DNA of 64,000 bases from Malacoraja senta (taxonomy: Eukaryota): the NCBI GenBank assembly GCA_038087875.1, contig CM075989.1, positions 10,852,001 to 10,916,000 of the forward strand, in the 5' to 3' direction. The position numbers and the translations under genes were made by a program. Within the stretch, counting starts at the first letter, position 1. Each line of letters begins with the position of its first letter. Below the pieces are notes generated by a model. The model ran no database searches. It saw only the letters and a program-made list of their open reading frames with translations, and had not been told where the DNA came from. Below, piece after piece: positions 1-11,134 of the stretch.

Positions 1-255
1 TTACCACCCAGTCTACCAGGGACCAGGATCTTATGCCAGTGGCTGGCAGAAGAGGTCTGACATTGTCTGACGTTGTCCATGGATGCTCCTGTCCCAGAGG
101 TTGGCATCCCACCTACTCACCTGGACTTCTAGCCTGGACTAGGTGGAATAGCTCAGGGGTGTGTGGGGTGGGGAAGTTGCATCAAAGCCTTAAAGGGACG
201 GACAAGATCACAATCTTGCTTAAAAACAAAATGGCAGTGGTCCAGACTGCCCCTT

Positions 256-263
<8 letters not shown>

Positions 264-290
<27 letters not shown>
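264..290. repeat. (CT)n microsatellite
   Basis: Uninterrupted ctctct... run read directly. Confidence 0.9.
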
Positions 291-295
<5 letters not shown>

Positions 296-1111
296 TTTAC
301 AATCGTTAACAAGCCCACTTTATAATCAGCTTTCACAGCACAATAACTCTGCAAATTTCCCTTTAATACATACACCCAGTTAGCAACGAGGATTACAAAG
401 AAACGTGCATAATAAAATGTGGAATTCAGTGATTCCTTCTAGGCATGAGGTCTGTGGGTCTGGAAAGGGGTTGAGGAAGCTGTTGTGATTCCAAAGCAAA
501 TGTCGACACAAAATAAGTGGATCTTCAGTCTGCCTCATTGATTTCCTCATGAAGCTTTGCTGGCAAAAGGCCGTTACATTGGCAAGGACATGGATGGGAT
601 GCCTGGTTCAGTGCTTTGCTGATTGCCCAGTGATTATCTACACATCTTCATGGCCCAAATGTACTGGTGGCTGGGCTGTGTGCTGCACTGTGTGCAGTTG
701 CTGCCACCTGCAGGTTGTCTCTCACACTGCATGCAGCACAATGCCTACAGTGAATGAAAATCCAAAACTGCAGATTCTGGAAATTCAAAGGAAAAACCGA
801 GAGTGCTGGAAACGCTCAGTCCTAAGCTGCTTTACCTTTGTTAACTGTTTCTCTCGCCACAGCTGCTGCCCGGCCTGCTGAGTCAGCATCCATCTTCTCG
901 CTACTACCATCGGGCCACTCCCAGACCACCAGGTTCAGGAACAGCTACTTTTCTACAATCATCTGGTTCTTGATCATCCCCAATCAGTACCCCGTTCCTG
1001 CCTTCTCCCCATATCCCCTGACTCCGCTATCTTTAAGAGCCCATCTGCCATTACATCACCCGTTTCTGTAACCAATCTATATCTTGCTCTATCCTCTGAT
1101 AGCCGCCTTCA

Positions 1112-1902
1112 TCAAGAATCAAGAATCAAGTTTCCTTTATTGTCATTCAGACCTTTCGGTCTGAACGAAATTGTGATGCCTGCAGTCATACACAGAACCA
1201 ATAATAACAAAACATACAATAAACACAAATTAAACATCCACCACAGTGAGTTCACCAAGCACACCTTCACTGTGATGGAGGCAAAGTCTTAGTCTCCGTC
1301 TCTTCCTCCTTGTTCTCCCTCTGCGCTGAGGCGATCGATCCAGGCCGAAGATGCCGCCCTCCAGTCCAGCGGACCTCCATGGTGATGTCGCCGCCGCCGA
1401 AAGCCGGAACGCCGTCTCCGCTCCGAGACGGCCCGCCACAGCATCAGCTCCAGGTCCCGCAGTCTCCGCTCCGGACCCCGCCGTATCAGCTCCAGGTCCC
1501 GCAGTCTCCGCTCCGGACCCCGCTGCATCAGCTCCAGGCTGCCACCGAAAGCCAGAACGCCGCACCAGCAAGTCGGGCCACCGCTGCCTCAGCCCCGAAG
1601 ACGGCCAGCATCTCGTTGGTAAGTCCTGGTTGGCTCTGCCTCTGTAGCCTCGGGGTCGGTCGCAGGATGGAGGCGGCCAGCTCCGCCATTAGGCCTCACC
1701 ACAGACGGAGGCAGGGAAGGGGGATACGACACGAAAAAGTCGCATTCCCCCGAAGGAGGAGACAGAGGACATGTTTCTCCCCCCCTAACACAACCCAACA
1801 AACTAAAACTTAACAAAACAGGACAAAAAAAACCAACAGAAAAAGTAAAAACAAACGGACTGCAGGCGAGCCGCAGCCGATTAACAGCGCCGCCACTTCC
1901 GG
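1112..1902 (-). mobile_element. Non-coding, probably non-autonomous non-LTR retroelement with internal 42-bp GC-rich tandem repeats
   Basis: The minus strand starts CCGGAAGTGGCGGCGC and ends AATAAA (plus TTTATT 1136-1141) followed by a (CTTGATT)n tail. About 3 copies of a 42-bp unit lie at 1413-1540. It shares several sequence blocks with 43317-44057. Confidence 0.65.
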
Positions 1903-1974
1903 ATGTCTGCAACTCCACCAATTTATGTGTCATCTGCAAACCTACCAACCCGCTCATCTACATTTTCATCTAGG

Positions 1975-2150
1975 AAAGACACAAAATGCTGGAGCAACTC
2001 AGCAGGTCAGGCAGCATCTCTGGAGAACATGAATAGGTGACGTTTTGAGTTGGGACCCTTCTTCAGACTGATTGTAGTGGGGGGAAGCTGAAAGAGAGGG
2101 TGGACACAGGTGAGGGGGAGGGGTTGATTGCGAGTTGATTGGACAAGGGC
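1975..2150 (-). mobile_element. Penelope-derived short repeat (pseudo-LTR-like) with degenerate hammerhead core
   Basis: The minus strand reads TCAGTCTGAAGAAGGGTCCCAACTCAAAACGTCACC...AGATGCTGCCTGACCTGCTGAGTT. This is the same repeat that follows GIY-YIG coding sequence at 23400-23784. Confidence 0.7.
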
Positions 2151-3151
2151 CAGAGATGAAAAGTTCATCCAAGTCAGAAGACCACTGGACACAGACCTCC
2201 AGCCAGAATGATACACTTCCAGGCACAATGCAGTCTCACCCTAAAGCATGGACCATCCCACTGCATCAACAGAAGCTGCCTGACCTGCTGAAGTTCTCCA
2301 GCTCTCTGCTTTTTGCTGCAAACACACTACACATGCACAAATACACTTCCAAATGAATTACAGATCAGGAATATGTTGCTTGGTCTTTGGCAGAGTCTCA
2401 GCGTGACGTAATGATCTGTACGGCAGGTCGATGCAGGCAATGGGTTGGTTTATTCTGAATAAATAACAGATGAGACTTCTTCCTGCTCGTCTAGACGGGC
2501 TGGAACTGAAGACAGCGGCCCACAGATTGCTCATCCGCGCTGACGGACACCGTGTGGTATTGTCCAACTCAATACATGGACTCATTGCCATCTTCAAACA
2601 GAAATGACATAAAGCAGATGCTGAAGGCAGAAGATTGGGCCCGTGCCTGGAGAGGAAGTCAAGCCAGCGCTGGGATTCTGTCCATCTCCTTGTCTACAGA
2701 TCTCCCTCCTCACTGATACTAAATCAGTCAGGACATTGACCGACAGAGCACACTGGAGGGACAGGCACCACGACCTGCCCCTGCTGCTAGTTCTCATGCC
2801 TCTCACAGACCTTTCCCACCACCTCTCCATTCCCGCTCGCTCCATTCCTCTTTCAGTGCATATACATGATTGTCCTGCCTGTTGCTCTCTTCCCCATTAA
2901 ACCACCACAACAGAATGCGAGCGCATTATTCCAAAACATGTCCAAAGTGGATCCACATCAGTGTTCATACTTAAAACCATGAAGGGAATATTAGAGAAGC
3001 ATTAAAAGCTTGGTTTAAAGAACTGGGTAGTTCATAAGTTCATAGGTTATATGAGCAGAATTAGGCCATTCAACCCATCAAGTCTACCCCACCATTCAAT
3101 CATGGCTGATCTATCTTTCCCTCTCAGCTGGTCAAAATGCAACTTCTACCG

Positions 3152-3351
3152 AAGTGTGGATGGCCGTTGGCTCGCTAGGATCTCATCCGCCCTTTGACAG
3201 GTCTTGTTTTTGGTCCTGCTGGGCGTCCACAGCCCCCTCCTCACCTGGCAAACCAGGTGGGGGTCACGGTTTAGTCGCCGACTATCCAACCATCGAGCAG
3301 GTAGCATGGGATTACATGGTACATGGGAAATCCCCCCCCGACCTGACCTAG
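3152..3351. repeat. Unclassified GC-rich segment, probably an interspersed repeat, with a stem-loop
   Basis: Abrupt composition change, with CACCTGG-CAAA-CCAGGTG at 3242-3259. Family not identified. Confidence 0.3.
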
Positions 3352-3483
3352 ATGCGGCCTGAAGGATTTATCAAGATGTCACCAGGTAAATGGACTGGGG
3401 AAAACCAAACTCACTGGGCGGCAAACGTGAGCACAGCAAGCTTCCACAAACAGCAGTGTATTGAATCTCCAGCTAATCTGCTT

Positions 3484-3853
3484 TAGTGTGTAGGAAGGAA
3501 CTGCAGATGCAGGTTTATAACGACGATAGACACAAAATCCTGGAGTAACTCAACAGGTCGGGCAGCATTTCTGGAGAGAAAGAATAGGTGATCTTTTGGG
3601 TCGGAACCCCCTTTCAGAGTGACAGTGGAAGTTGGGGGGTGGAGAATAAACTGGAGGTGAGAGGAGGAGGTGAGAAACAAATCAGTGTTTAAGAAGGAAC
3701 TGCAGATGCTGGAAAATCGAAGGTAGACAAAAGTGCTGGAGAAACTCAGCGGGTGCAGCAGCATCTATGGAGCGAAGGAAATAAGAACGTTGCCTATTTC
3801 CTTTGCTCCATAGATGCTGCTGCACCCGCTGAGTTTCTCCAGCACTTTTGTCT
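3484..3853. mobile_element. Penelope-derived repeats, including a ~130-bp palindrome (3725-3853)
   Basis: AGACAAAAGTGCTGGAGAAACTCAGCGGGTGCAGCAGCATCTATGGAGC is followed by its reverse complement. Confidence 0.75.
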
Positions 3854-4099
3854 GGCTGAGAAACAAATCAGGGCCAGCAACAGATGATCTCTGTTTTAAG
3901 GTTGGCTGAGGGGAAAATGTTGAACATTCGAGTATTCCCCCTCTCCTCAAAAGAGCTGGATGGTCAGTGATGAGAGTGCTCAGTCCGATCTCTCTGCCAG
4001 AGCCACACTCCATGGCTGCTGAACTGGATGAGACCTTTGCTTTTGGATTCTACTCACCAGCCACAACTAACACACGTCATTCATAAAAACTTCCCTTCA

Positions 4100-4430
4100 A
4101 GTAACTTTGAGTAACCCTTGCATCCCCTCTCTCTCTCTCTGTCCCACCCCCACCCTAGTCACTGTCATCCTGGTGAGTTTCATTGTCTCTATAACTCATT
4201 ATTACCTAGCCCGCAGTCAATAATGGACCCTTTCATTTATCATTATTACATTTTTTGCAACTCTTTCATTCATCTGTGCTTTATCCATCTACATCACCGT
4301 CTATATCTCTCTTCTCTTTCCCCTGACTCTCAGTCTGAAGAAGGATCCCCACCCGAAACGTCACCCATTCCTTTTCTCCAGAGATGCCGCCTGACCCGCT
4401 GAGTTACTCGAGCATTTTGTGTCTATCTTC
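4100..4430 (+). mobile_element. Penelope-derived 3' repeat with hammerhead-like core
   Basis: A pyrimidine-rich tract is followed by CAGTCTGAAGAAGGATCCCCACCCGAAACGTCACCCATTCC...GAGATGCCGCCTGACCCGCTGAGTTACTC. Confidence 0.7.
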
Positions 4431-5689
4431 ACCGAATCCAAACACATCTAAATCCACCTGTATTGGAAAACATTTCAGTTCCATGTTCCTCCTTTGTTAA
4501 ATGTCTGTTTGTAACTCTTGAGCTGTGCGTTTAGCAGTGTTTGTGTTGTGACCTCTGGCTAACTATCTAAACAAGTCTCTTCCTTTCTGAACTGACAGAT
4601 CCAATTTTAATGTGGCAGTGCTGAGACCCTTAAACATCCTGTCTGGTTAACCTTTCCTGATTCAGACCACTTCCCACATCCGATCTTGAACGCAAAGAAA
4701 CTAAAGGAGTGAGGGCATCCAGGGCTGCATAATCAGGTAACAGTCAAAGTCCTTTGAGCTTATAATTCAGACAGAATGTTTTGTCAGCACCATATTGAAC
4801 CAATAAACGATAAATTGACACCATGTGCAATGCAAGACCCGAAGGCTGTTCACGAGAGTGAAAGAACCATAAACTAAGTTTAGTGAAGGAACAACATGTT
4901 CACATTTATCAATTATGGAGGGGAAAAGCTCCTCATTAAAATCAAGAATCCTCAGCAAAAATTTAGTCCAAACCTCTGGGCTTGGCTTCCTATCTTTGGA
5001 TATTTTGTTGTCCGTAATCATGGGGCCAATCTCACCGCAAGCCTGATTAACGCAGGCAAAGACAATTAAAAGGTAATGATGAATCAGTTGGGACTTGGAA
5101 GGAAGTATTTGTGGTTTGCAGGCTGAAGCCAAGATGAGATCAACAGGTTGCCCTCGTTCTTGGTCCAACTAAGTTGAGAGTGGCATGGTGTGCTACTGCA
5201 CTCAGCTATCAAACCACTTGAAAGGGCTTTGCAGAAATGGTCTGGAACAACATCTTTCCGCTCGGTCAGTGAGGCTTCAATGTTAGATTGTGATGATGAA
5301 TGTTTCTGAAACCACCAAGCCATCTGCTCCTCATTAGTTCTTCCAGCTGGGATGGCAGGCGGCCAACAGTGAGGCTAACCTTGTGAGGTTTGCCCACATC
5401 AAGCGCCATCTCTCCCTGCCCACACGGACCAGCTATGCTTCATTACAGCATACCAAAAAAAAACTGTTAAAGGAAACACGGGTTTCTGCATCCGAGCGTG
5501 AAGCACATTTATGAGACTTTTATCTCCGTCCATCTACTCAGCTGCAAACACATGTGGATATTGTAAGAGATCATTTCAAAGTTATCCGTCAGCTAATTCA
5601 TAAGTTTATGGAGCAGATTGGTTCTGAGATGCATAATGGATCTCAGTATCACCCTCCAGGGCTAGTTTTCAATGCAAACACCTCCACTA

Positions 5690-5721
5690 GTCTGAAGAAG
5701 GGTCTCGACCCGAAACGTCAC
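5690..5721 (+). ncRNA. Minimal type I hammerhead-ribozyme-like motif in a Penelope-derived repeat
   Basis: CTGAAGA (5692-5698), extra A, stem II GGGT-CTCG-ACCC, GAAA (5712-5715), palindromic ACGT, GTC cleavage triplet. Stem I is only about 2 bp locally. Confidence 0.5.
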
Positions 5722-5987
5722 CCATTCCTTCTCTCCAGAGATGTTGCCTGAGCCGCTGCGTATTTTGTGTCCATCTTCAGTGCAAACTAGCATCTGCAGT
5801 TCCTTCCTACTCCACTTAGAGAACATCTTCAACACTCCTAAACCAAAATATCACAAGGTGCGTCCTTGCACATTATCAAACAAAATGTGACTCCCAGCTA
5901 CGGAAGCAGATATACGGACAACTACTGTACCAGATCAGATTGTAAAGGAGCGGCAAAGGATTATAAAGAAGGGCAGTGACGGTATGG

Positions 5988-6123
5988 ACTCCTATATATC
6001 GGCGAGACCAAATGCAGACTGGGCGATCATTTCGCTGAAGGCCTTTGCTCAGCCCGCCTTGGCCTCCACAATCTCCCGGTTGCCAAACACTTTAACTCCC
6101 CTTCCAATTCTCATACTGACCTC
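5988..6123 (+). mobile_element. Penelope-like element GIY-YIG endonuclease fragment
   Basis: Translates as LLYIGETKCRLGDHFAEGLCSARLGLHNLPVAKHFNSPSNSHTDL, with YIGET and VAxHFN motifs. Confidence 0.8.
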
Positions 6124-6344
6124 GCACATGATGTGATTATTCTCATTTCTCCCCTCTCCTGCCAGGCACAAGATATAACAGTTTGAAACCATGTACAACC
6201 AGTTTCATGAACAGGAAGGGGAGGATCGGAAGGGTTAAGAGGATTGTGAGCCAAATGCAGGTAAATGGGACTAGCCCAGTATGCCGGCAGGGTTGGTATG
6301 GTCAAGGTGGACATACGGGTCTGTTCCTGTGCATTGGGCGCCAC

Positions 6345-6515
6345 ATCTTTTGCATTTAAGAAACAGTTAGACAAGCACATGGATAGGACCGATTTGGAGG
6401 GATATGGGCCAAACGCAAGCAGGTGGTACCACTTAGCTGGGGCATGTTGACCAGTATGGGCAAGTTGGGCCGAAGGGCCTGTTTCCATACTGTATCACTC
6501 CATGACTGTGACTCT
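6345..6515 (+). mobile_element. CR1/HER1-type LINE 3' end fragment
   Basis: FKKQLDKHMD-type ORF2 C-terminus, then a GGGCCGAAGGGCCTGTTTCC tail and short CTATGA-like repeats. Confidence 0.7.
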
Positions 6516-6792
6516 ATTACAACTTAGGTTCTACTTCAAATGTACCTCATTGGCTGAGAAAGCCCCTGGCTATGAGTTTGTAAAAGGTAGAATAAAAATG
6601 TCTAAATTCCAATCACTAACATTATAGAATCTCGATCAGTATCGATAAGGGGTTGAATCCACTTTGCAGTCGAGTACAAACCCAGACTCTCTGGTAATTA
6701 CGTGCCTCAGAGCCGGTCTCCGGCACTGCCTTCCATTCACCCCAGCCCAATGGCAATTGCATTGGCAATCCCTCACCATCCTCATTGCATCA

Positions 6793-7040
6793 GTGGCACA
6801 GCGGTAGAGTAGCTCACAACGCCAGAGACCCAGGTTAGATCCCGACTATGGGTGCTGTCTGTATGGAGTTTTACGTCTCCCTGTGACCATGTGGGTTTTC
6901 TCTGGGTGCTTCGGTTTCCTCCCACACTCCAAAGGCGTACAGGTTTGTAGGTTAATTGGCTTTGGTAAAATTGTAAATTGTCCCTAGTGTGAAGGATAGT
7001 TAGTGTACGGGGATCGCTGGTCGGCACTGACTCAGTGGGC
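6793..7040 (+). mobile_element. HE1-like tRNA-derived (V-domain) SINE
   Basis: A-box-like GTGGCACAGCGGTAG, B-box-like GGTTAGATCCC, and central V-domain-like GTGGGTTTTCTCTGGGTGCTTCGGTTTCCTCCCAC. Confidence 0.8.
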
Positions 7041-7732
7041 TAAAGGGATGTAACTAATCAGGTGAAGATGCCAGCTAGCCCTGCATAAAGAGAAGTCGAG
7101 TATCTCACAATCGCCATGATACACCAGCTGTCTGATACCTCCCTGCTTTAGGACTGAGGCTCTTGGCTTCCAACTCCAAGCCAGAACCATCATAGCAACG
7201 TCCTGTGGCCACCCCCCACATTGATCCAAACCACTGCATATCCACGGCCGAGACATTCAAGTGGCTGCAGGTCTCGGCAAACGGTTGAGAACGAAGTGTT
7301 CCACAGCAGTTGGAATTGGGTTGCAATACAAGGGCTGGCTTGGATGGAAAACTTTCCACTGCCAAGTGAGAGAAGCAGAGGGGAGAGGAAACCAAAGTGG
7401 GGTCGGTCAGTGAACGGTGGTGACGGGGAAGGCATTGCACGAGTGGTAGCAGGTTCAGCAGCAACCTTCTCAAGGGAAGACTTGCAATGCAAGGGACAGC
7501 TGAGACCGCAGAGCTCGTTCAAACAGTTGCAACAGTCACAATGGGCAACGTAGCCTTCTGCAGGACAGGATAACTTTCCCACATTCTTCAGTGGACTCAA
7601 ATTGCACATTTAAAACCTGGGAATAGGATACACATAGGTTGCGAGGGAAAGTTTTCCACAGGCCAAAGGGCTGGTGGGAATAGGGCCAATCACTGGAGTC
7701 AGGATAGTGTAGGCAAGGAATTGCAGATTGTT

Positions 7733-8103
7733 TAAGATGCTGGAAAATCGAAGGTAGACAAGAGTGCTTGAGAAACTCAGCGGGTGCAGCAGCATCTATG
7801 GAGCGAAGGAAATAGGCAACGTTTCGGGCCGAAACATTGCCTATTTCCTTCGCTCCATAGATGCTGCTGCACCCGCTGAGTTTCTCCACAACTTTTGTCT
7901 ACCAAGGAATTGCAGATGCTGGTTTCAACCGAAGATAGCCACAAAATGCTGGAGTAACTCAGCGAGACAGGCAGCATCTCTGGAGGGAAGGAATGGGTGA
8001 CATTTTGGGTCAAGACCCTTCTTAAAACTCTAAAAGGGTCTCGACCCAAAACGTCACCCATTCCCTCTCTCCAGAGATGCTGCCTGTCCCGCTGAGTTAC
8101 TCC
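7733..8103. mobile_element. Two adjacent palindromic Penelope-derived repeats
   Basis: Inverted arms at 7753-7903 (centre GTTTCGG-G-CCGAAAC, ~7828) and at 7951-8103. Confidence 0.8.
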
Positions 8104-8219
8104 GTCAGGATAGTATTGAGATTGGCGTCAGGGGAAATAACTTGGAAGGTGTGGAGAAAGAGCAGGGGAACGGGATGACTACCACAAATCTCTTGCCGTT
8201 TATTTGATTTCCTCACGAC

Positions 8220-8492
8220 ATGGCAGAAGGCCATTTGGCCCATCGAGTGGCTGGCTCAGAGCAATCTCGAAAGTCTCCTTTACTCAGTGTTTCCCTGTAA
8301 CCTAATCACTCTGACATTCCCATCAACTCCCCCCAGATTCTACCACTCACCCATACCCTCACCATGGCAGATTAACCTTCCAACCTGCAGGTTATTTTAA
8401 TTGTGTAACACCACATGTTCACAGGGGGAACCTGCAAGCTCCACACAGGCAGCAGCCGAGGTCAGGTGTGGCAGCAGCTCAACTGTGCTGCC
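8220..8492 (-). mobile_element. Old, diverged HE1-like SINE
   Basis: Degenerate match to the tail (GGCCATTTGGCCCATCGAG) and head (CAGCAGCTCAACTGTGCTGCC) of other SINE copies in the window. Confidence 0.5.
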
Positions 8493-8536
8493 TTTTGTCA
8501 GAGTTATTATTTCTCCTTTTTCCCCACAGATCGTAC

Positions 8537-8875
8537 AAAATCATGAGAGGAATAGATCAGGTAGACGCAGAGTCTCTTGCCCAGAGTAGGGGAATCAAGA
8601 ACCCGCGGATATAGGTTTAAGGTGAGCGGGGAAATATTTAACAGGAACCTGAAGGATGTGTGGTGGGTGAGTGGAATGAGCTGCTGGAGGAGGTAGTTGA
8701 GGCAGGTAGTATCGCAGGTAGTTAAGAAACATTTGGACAGGTACATGGATAGGACATGTTTAGAGGGATATGGGCCAAATGCAGGCAGGTGAGACTAGTG
8801 TAGATGGGACATGTTGGTCAGTGTGGGCAAGTTGGGCCGAAAGGCCTGTTTCCACGCTGCATCACTCTATGACTA
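8537..8875 (+). mobile_element. CR1/HER1-type LINE 3' fragment
   Basis: AAAATCATGAGAGGAATAGAT...GGATATAGGTTTAAGGTGAG...TGGAATGAGCTGC...GGGCCGAAAGGCCTGTTTCC...CTATGACT. Confidence 0.75.
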
Positions 8876-9468
8876 AATGAGATGCTGTTGGGCCAGCATT
8901 CCCTGTTTTGATCTCAGACTTCCATCTGCCACGCTATATTTTCATGGTCGAATGGCTCTGCTCAGATCAGTAAAGGTTGAAAGGCTGAGTAGCTTCCATC
9001 CCTGCTGTAGAAATGGTGATTTAAACTGGGGCTCAATGCCTGAGATTGAATGTGTGACTGATCATCTGGTAACCAAGATCACTGCTCCCACTGGCGATCA
9101 GAGTTTCACCAGCTTACAAACCTTCAACAGTCAATGCAGAGACAAACTGTGAACACCAAAGTCAAGACAAATCAAGATTATCATTATATCCAAAATGATG
9201 GTACAGGTACAATGAAGCTGTTGTACCTGAACTGCACACAAGGCTACAAGTGCAACTTAACCCATGGTTTGTAAAGTTGGAACATAACTTCCCAACTCTT
9301 AGTCCTATTCCCTGACCTATGAAGGCACGCATGCCATATGCCTACTTCACCCACCCCCATCTGTGCTGCCACTTTTAGGGAACTGTGGACCTTAACCCCA
9401 GGATCTCTCTGATTAATATTCCCCTAATGTCCTACCATGCCTCGTGAATATCCTACCTATATTTAACT

Positions 9469-9783
9469 TTAGTTTAGTTTAGAGATATAGCATTGCAATA
9501 GGCCCTTCGGCTCACCGAGTCTGCACCAACACATATTAACCACACATTAACCATACATTAACACTGTCCCACACACACTAGGGACAATGTTATGTTTATA
9601 TCAACCCAATTAACCTACAAACCTGTACCTGGAGTGTGGGAGGAAACCGAAGATCTCGGAGAAAGCCCACGAGGTCGCAGGGAGAATGTACAAACTCCGT
9701 TCAGACAGTACCTGTGGTCGGGATCGAACCTGGGTCTCCGGCGCTGTTAGGCAGCAACTCTACCGCTGCACCACCATGCCGCC
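9469..9783 (-). mobile_element. HE1-like SINE
   Basis: Minus-strand head GGCATGGTGGTGCAGCGGTAGAG...GGTTCGATCCC, V-domain, and a (CTAAA)n tail. Confidence 0.85.
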
Positions 9784-11134
9784 CATTGTTTAAAGAAAAG
9801 TGGAAAGCACAATTTGGATATTTTTCCTTGCTTGCAATGATCTTTAGTTTGTGAAGGGCACTGTTGAACTTGGCAGACCTACTGTTGGCAAACCTGCACC
9901 ATATCCCACACACAGGAATCCCCCAAAATAAAATAAATGATACTTTATCAAAGATGCCAAGTTTCCAGAGAGTTAGAAGTGCCTAAAGCAGGGCTTACAC
10001 CATCATGATTCTGTAGGCACCAAATGCCTCATTAAATCAGCAGGATTTATTCATACTTGGCAGAACCTGAGAAAGAAAAACAACCTGCCTGTTTTACACA
10101 ACCTGAAATATTTCCCAGCGCTGGAAGCAATTTAACACATAACATTAGAAGCCCGTCAGAACATGTAATGTTTTGCACGGGTTGAATTAGGCAGGATTCC
10201 TGGAGACCAAGTCTGAAGGAACGCTGTGTCCACATGGCCGACTGCCCAGCCCAGACACATTCACACTGCAGGCAAAATAAAACACGCAGATGCTGCAAAC
10301 CTGAAATAAAAGCGGAAAATGCTGGAAACACTCAGCAGGTCAGGCAGTCTGTGGCGAGAGAAAGTGAGTCTATATTTCAGTTCGATGATCTTTAGGTGTA
10401 GGGGTGTGTAGGTGTGGAGCTGTGTAGGTGTGTAAAGATGTTTGTGTGTGGGGAGGTGGGCGCAGAGGTGAGTGTGCATGTAGGTGAGTGATCATCAGGC
10501 TGTGCAAAGTGCCGATCCCATTGAACTCCACCTGAATCGCTACATTCCTAAGCAATCAATGGATTGTCAAGTGTTCACACTGGGTGATAAAGTCGCTGAA
10601 AAAATGACATTTAATTCTTTAATCTATGGAAATATAACGTTCAAGTGATAGGATTAATAAAATGGTTAAATAGCAGTGCTGAATCAGCATCAGTCTGCCT
10701 GTGGTGATTTATTATTCCTATCGAGCCCTAGCCATTACTATATTGATCTTGGGGACCTCTGGGACCTCCAGTCATGAATTTAACATCTGTATCACCAATA
10801 CCAAAGGGGTAATTACCTTGATTCCACCAGCAGAGTGTGATCGTGTTACACCAGTTCACATCAAACCACCTGCAAACTGAGGCACTCGAGACCAAAGGAT
10901 GAATGTTACATTCTATTGAAGATTTAAACAGTGTTCCGGATCTCCCAAAGCATTTGGCAGCCAAGTACTTTTCAAGTGCTGTCATTGCAGTGAGGTCCGT
11001 AACACAGCAGCCAAACTGTAGTTGGCCTGCTCCCAAACAAAGCAATTTCTTCAACGGCACCTCCTAACCCTGTGGCCTCTGGGGGTTCAGAGACACTGGG
11101 ACGAGGGAAAACCATCACCTGAAGATCACTCACA

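Noticed and set aside
1230..1957. Overlapping ORFs with 14-aa repeats (PGADAAGSGAETAG etc.)
   Set aside because: Produced by a GC-rich 42-bp tandem repeat that is open in several frames on both strands inside a repeat element.
6793..6850. tRNA gene
   Set aside because: The A/B-box-like head continues into a SINE body and recurs many times. No complete cloverleaf.
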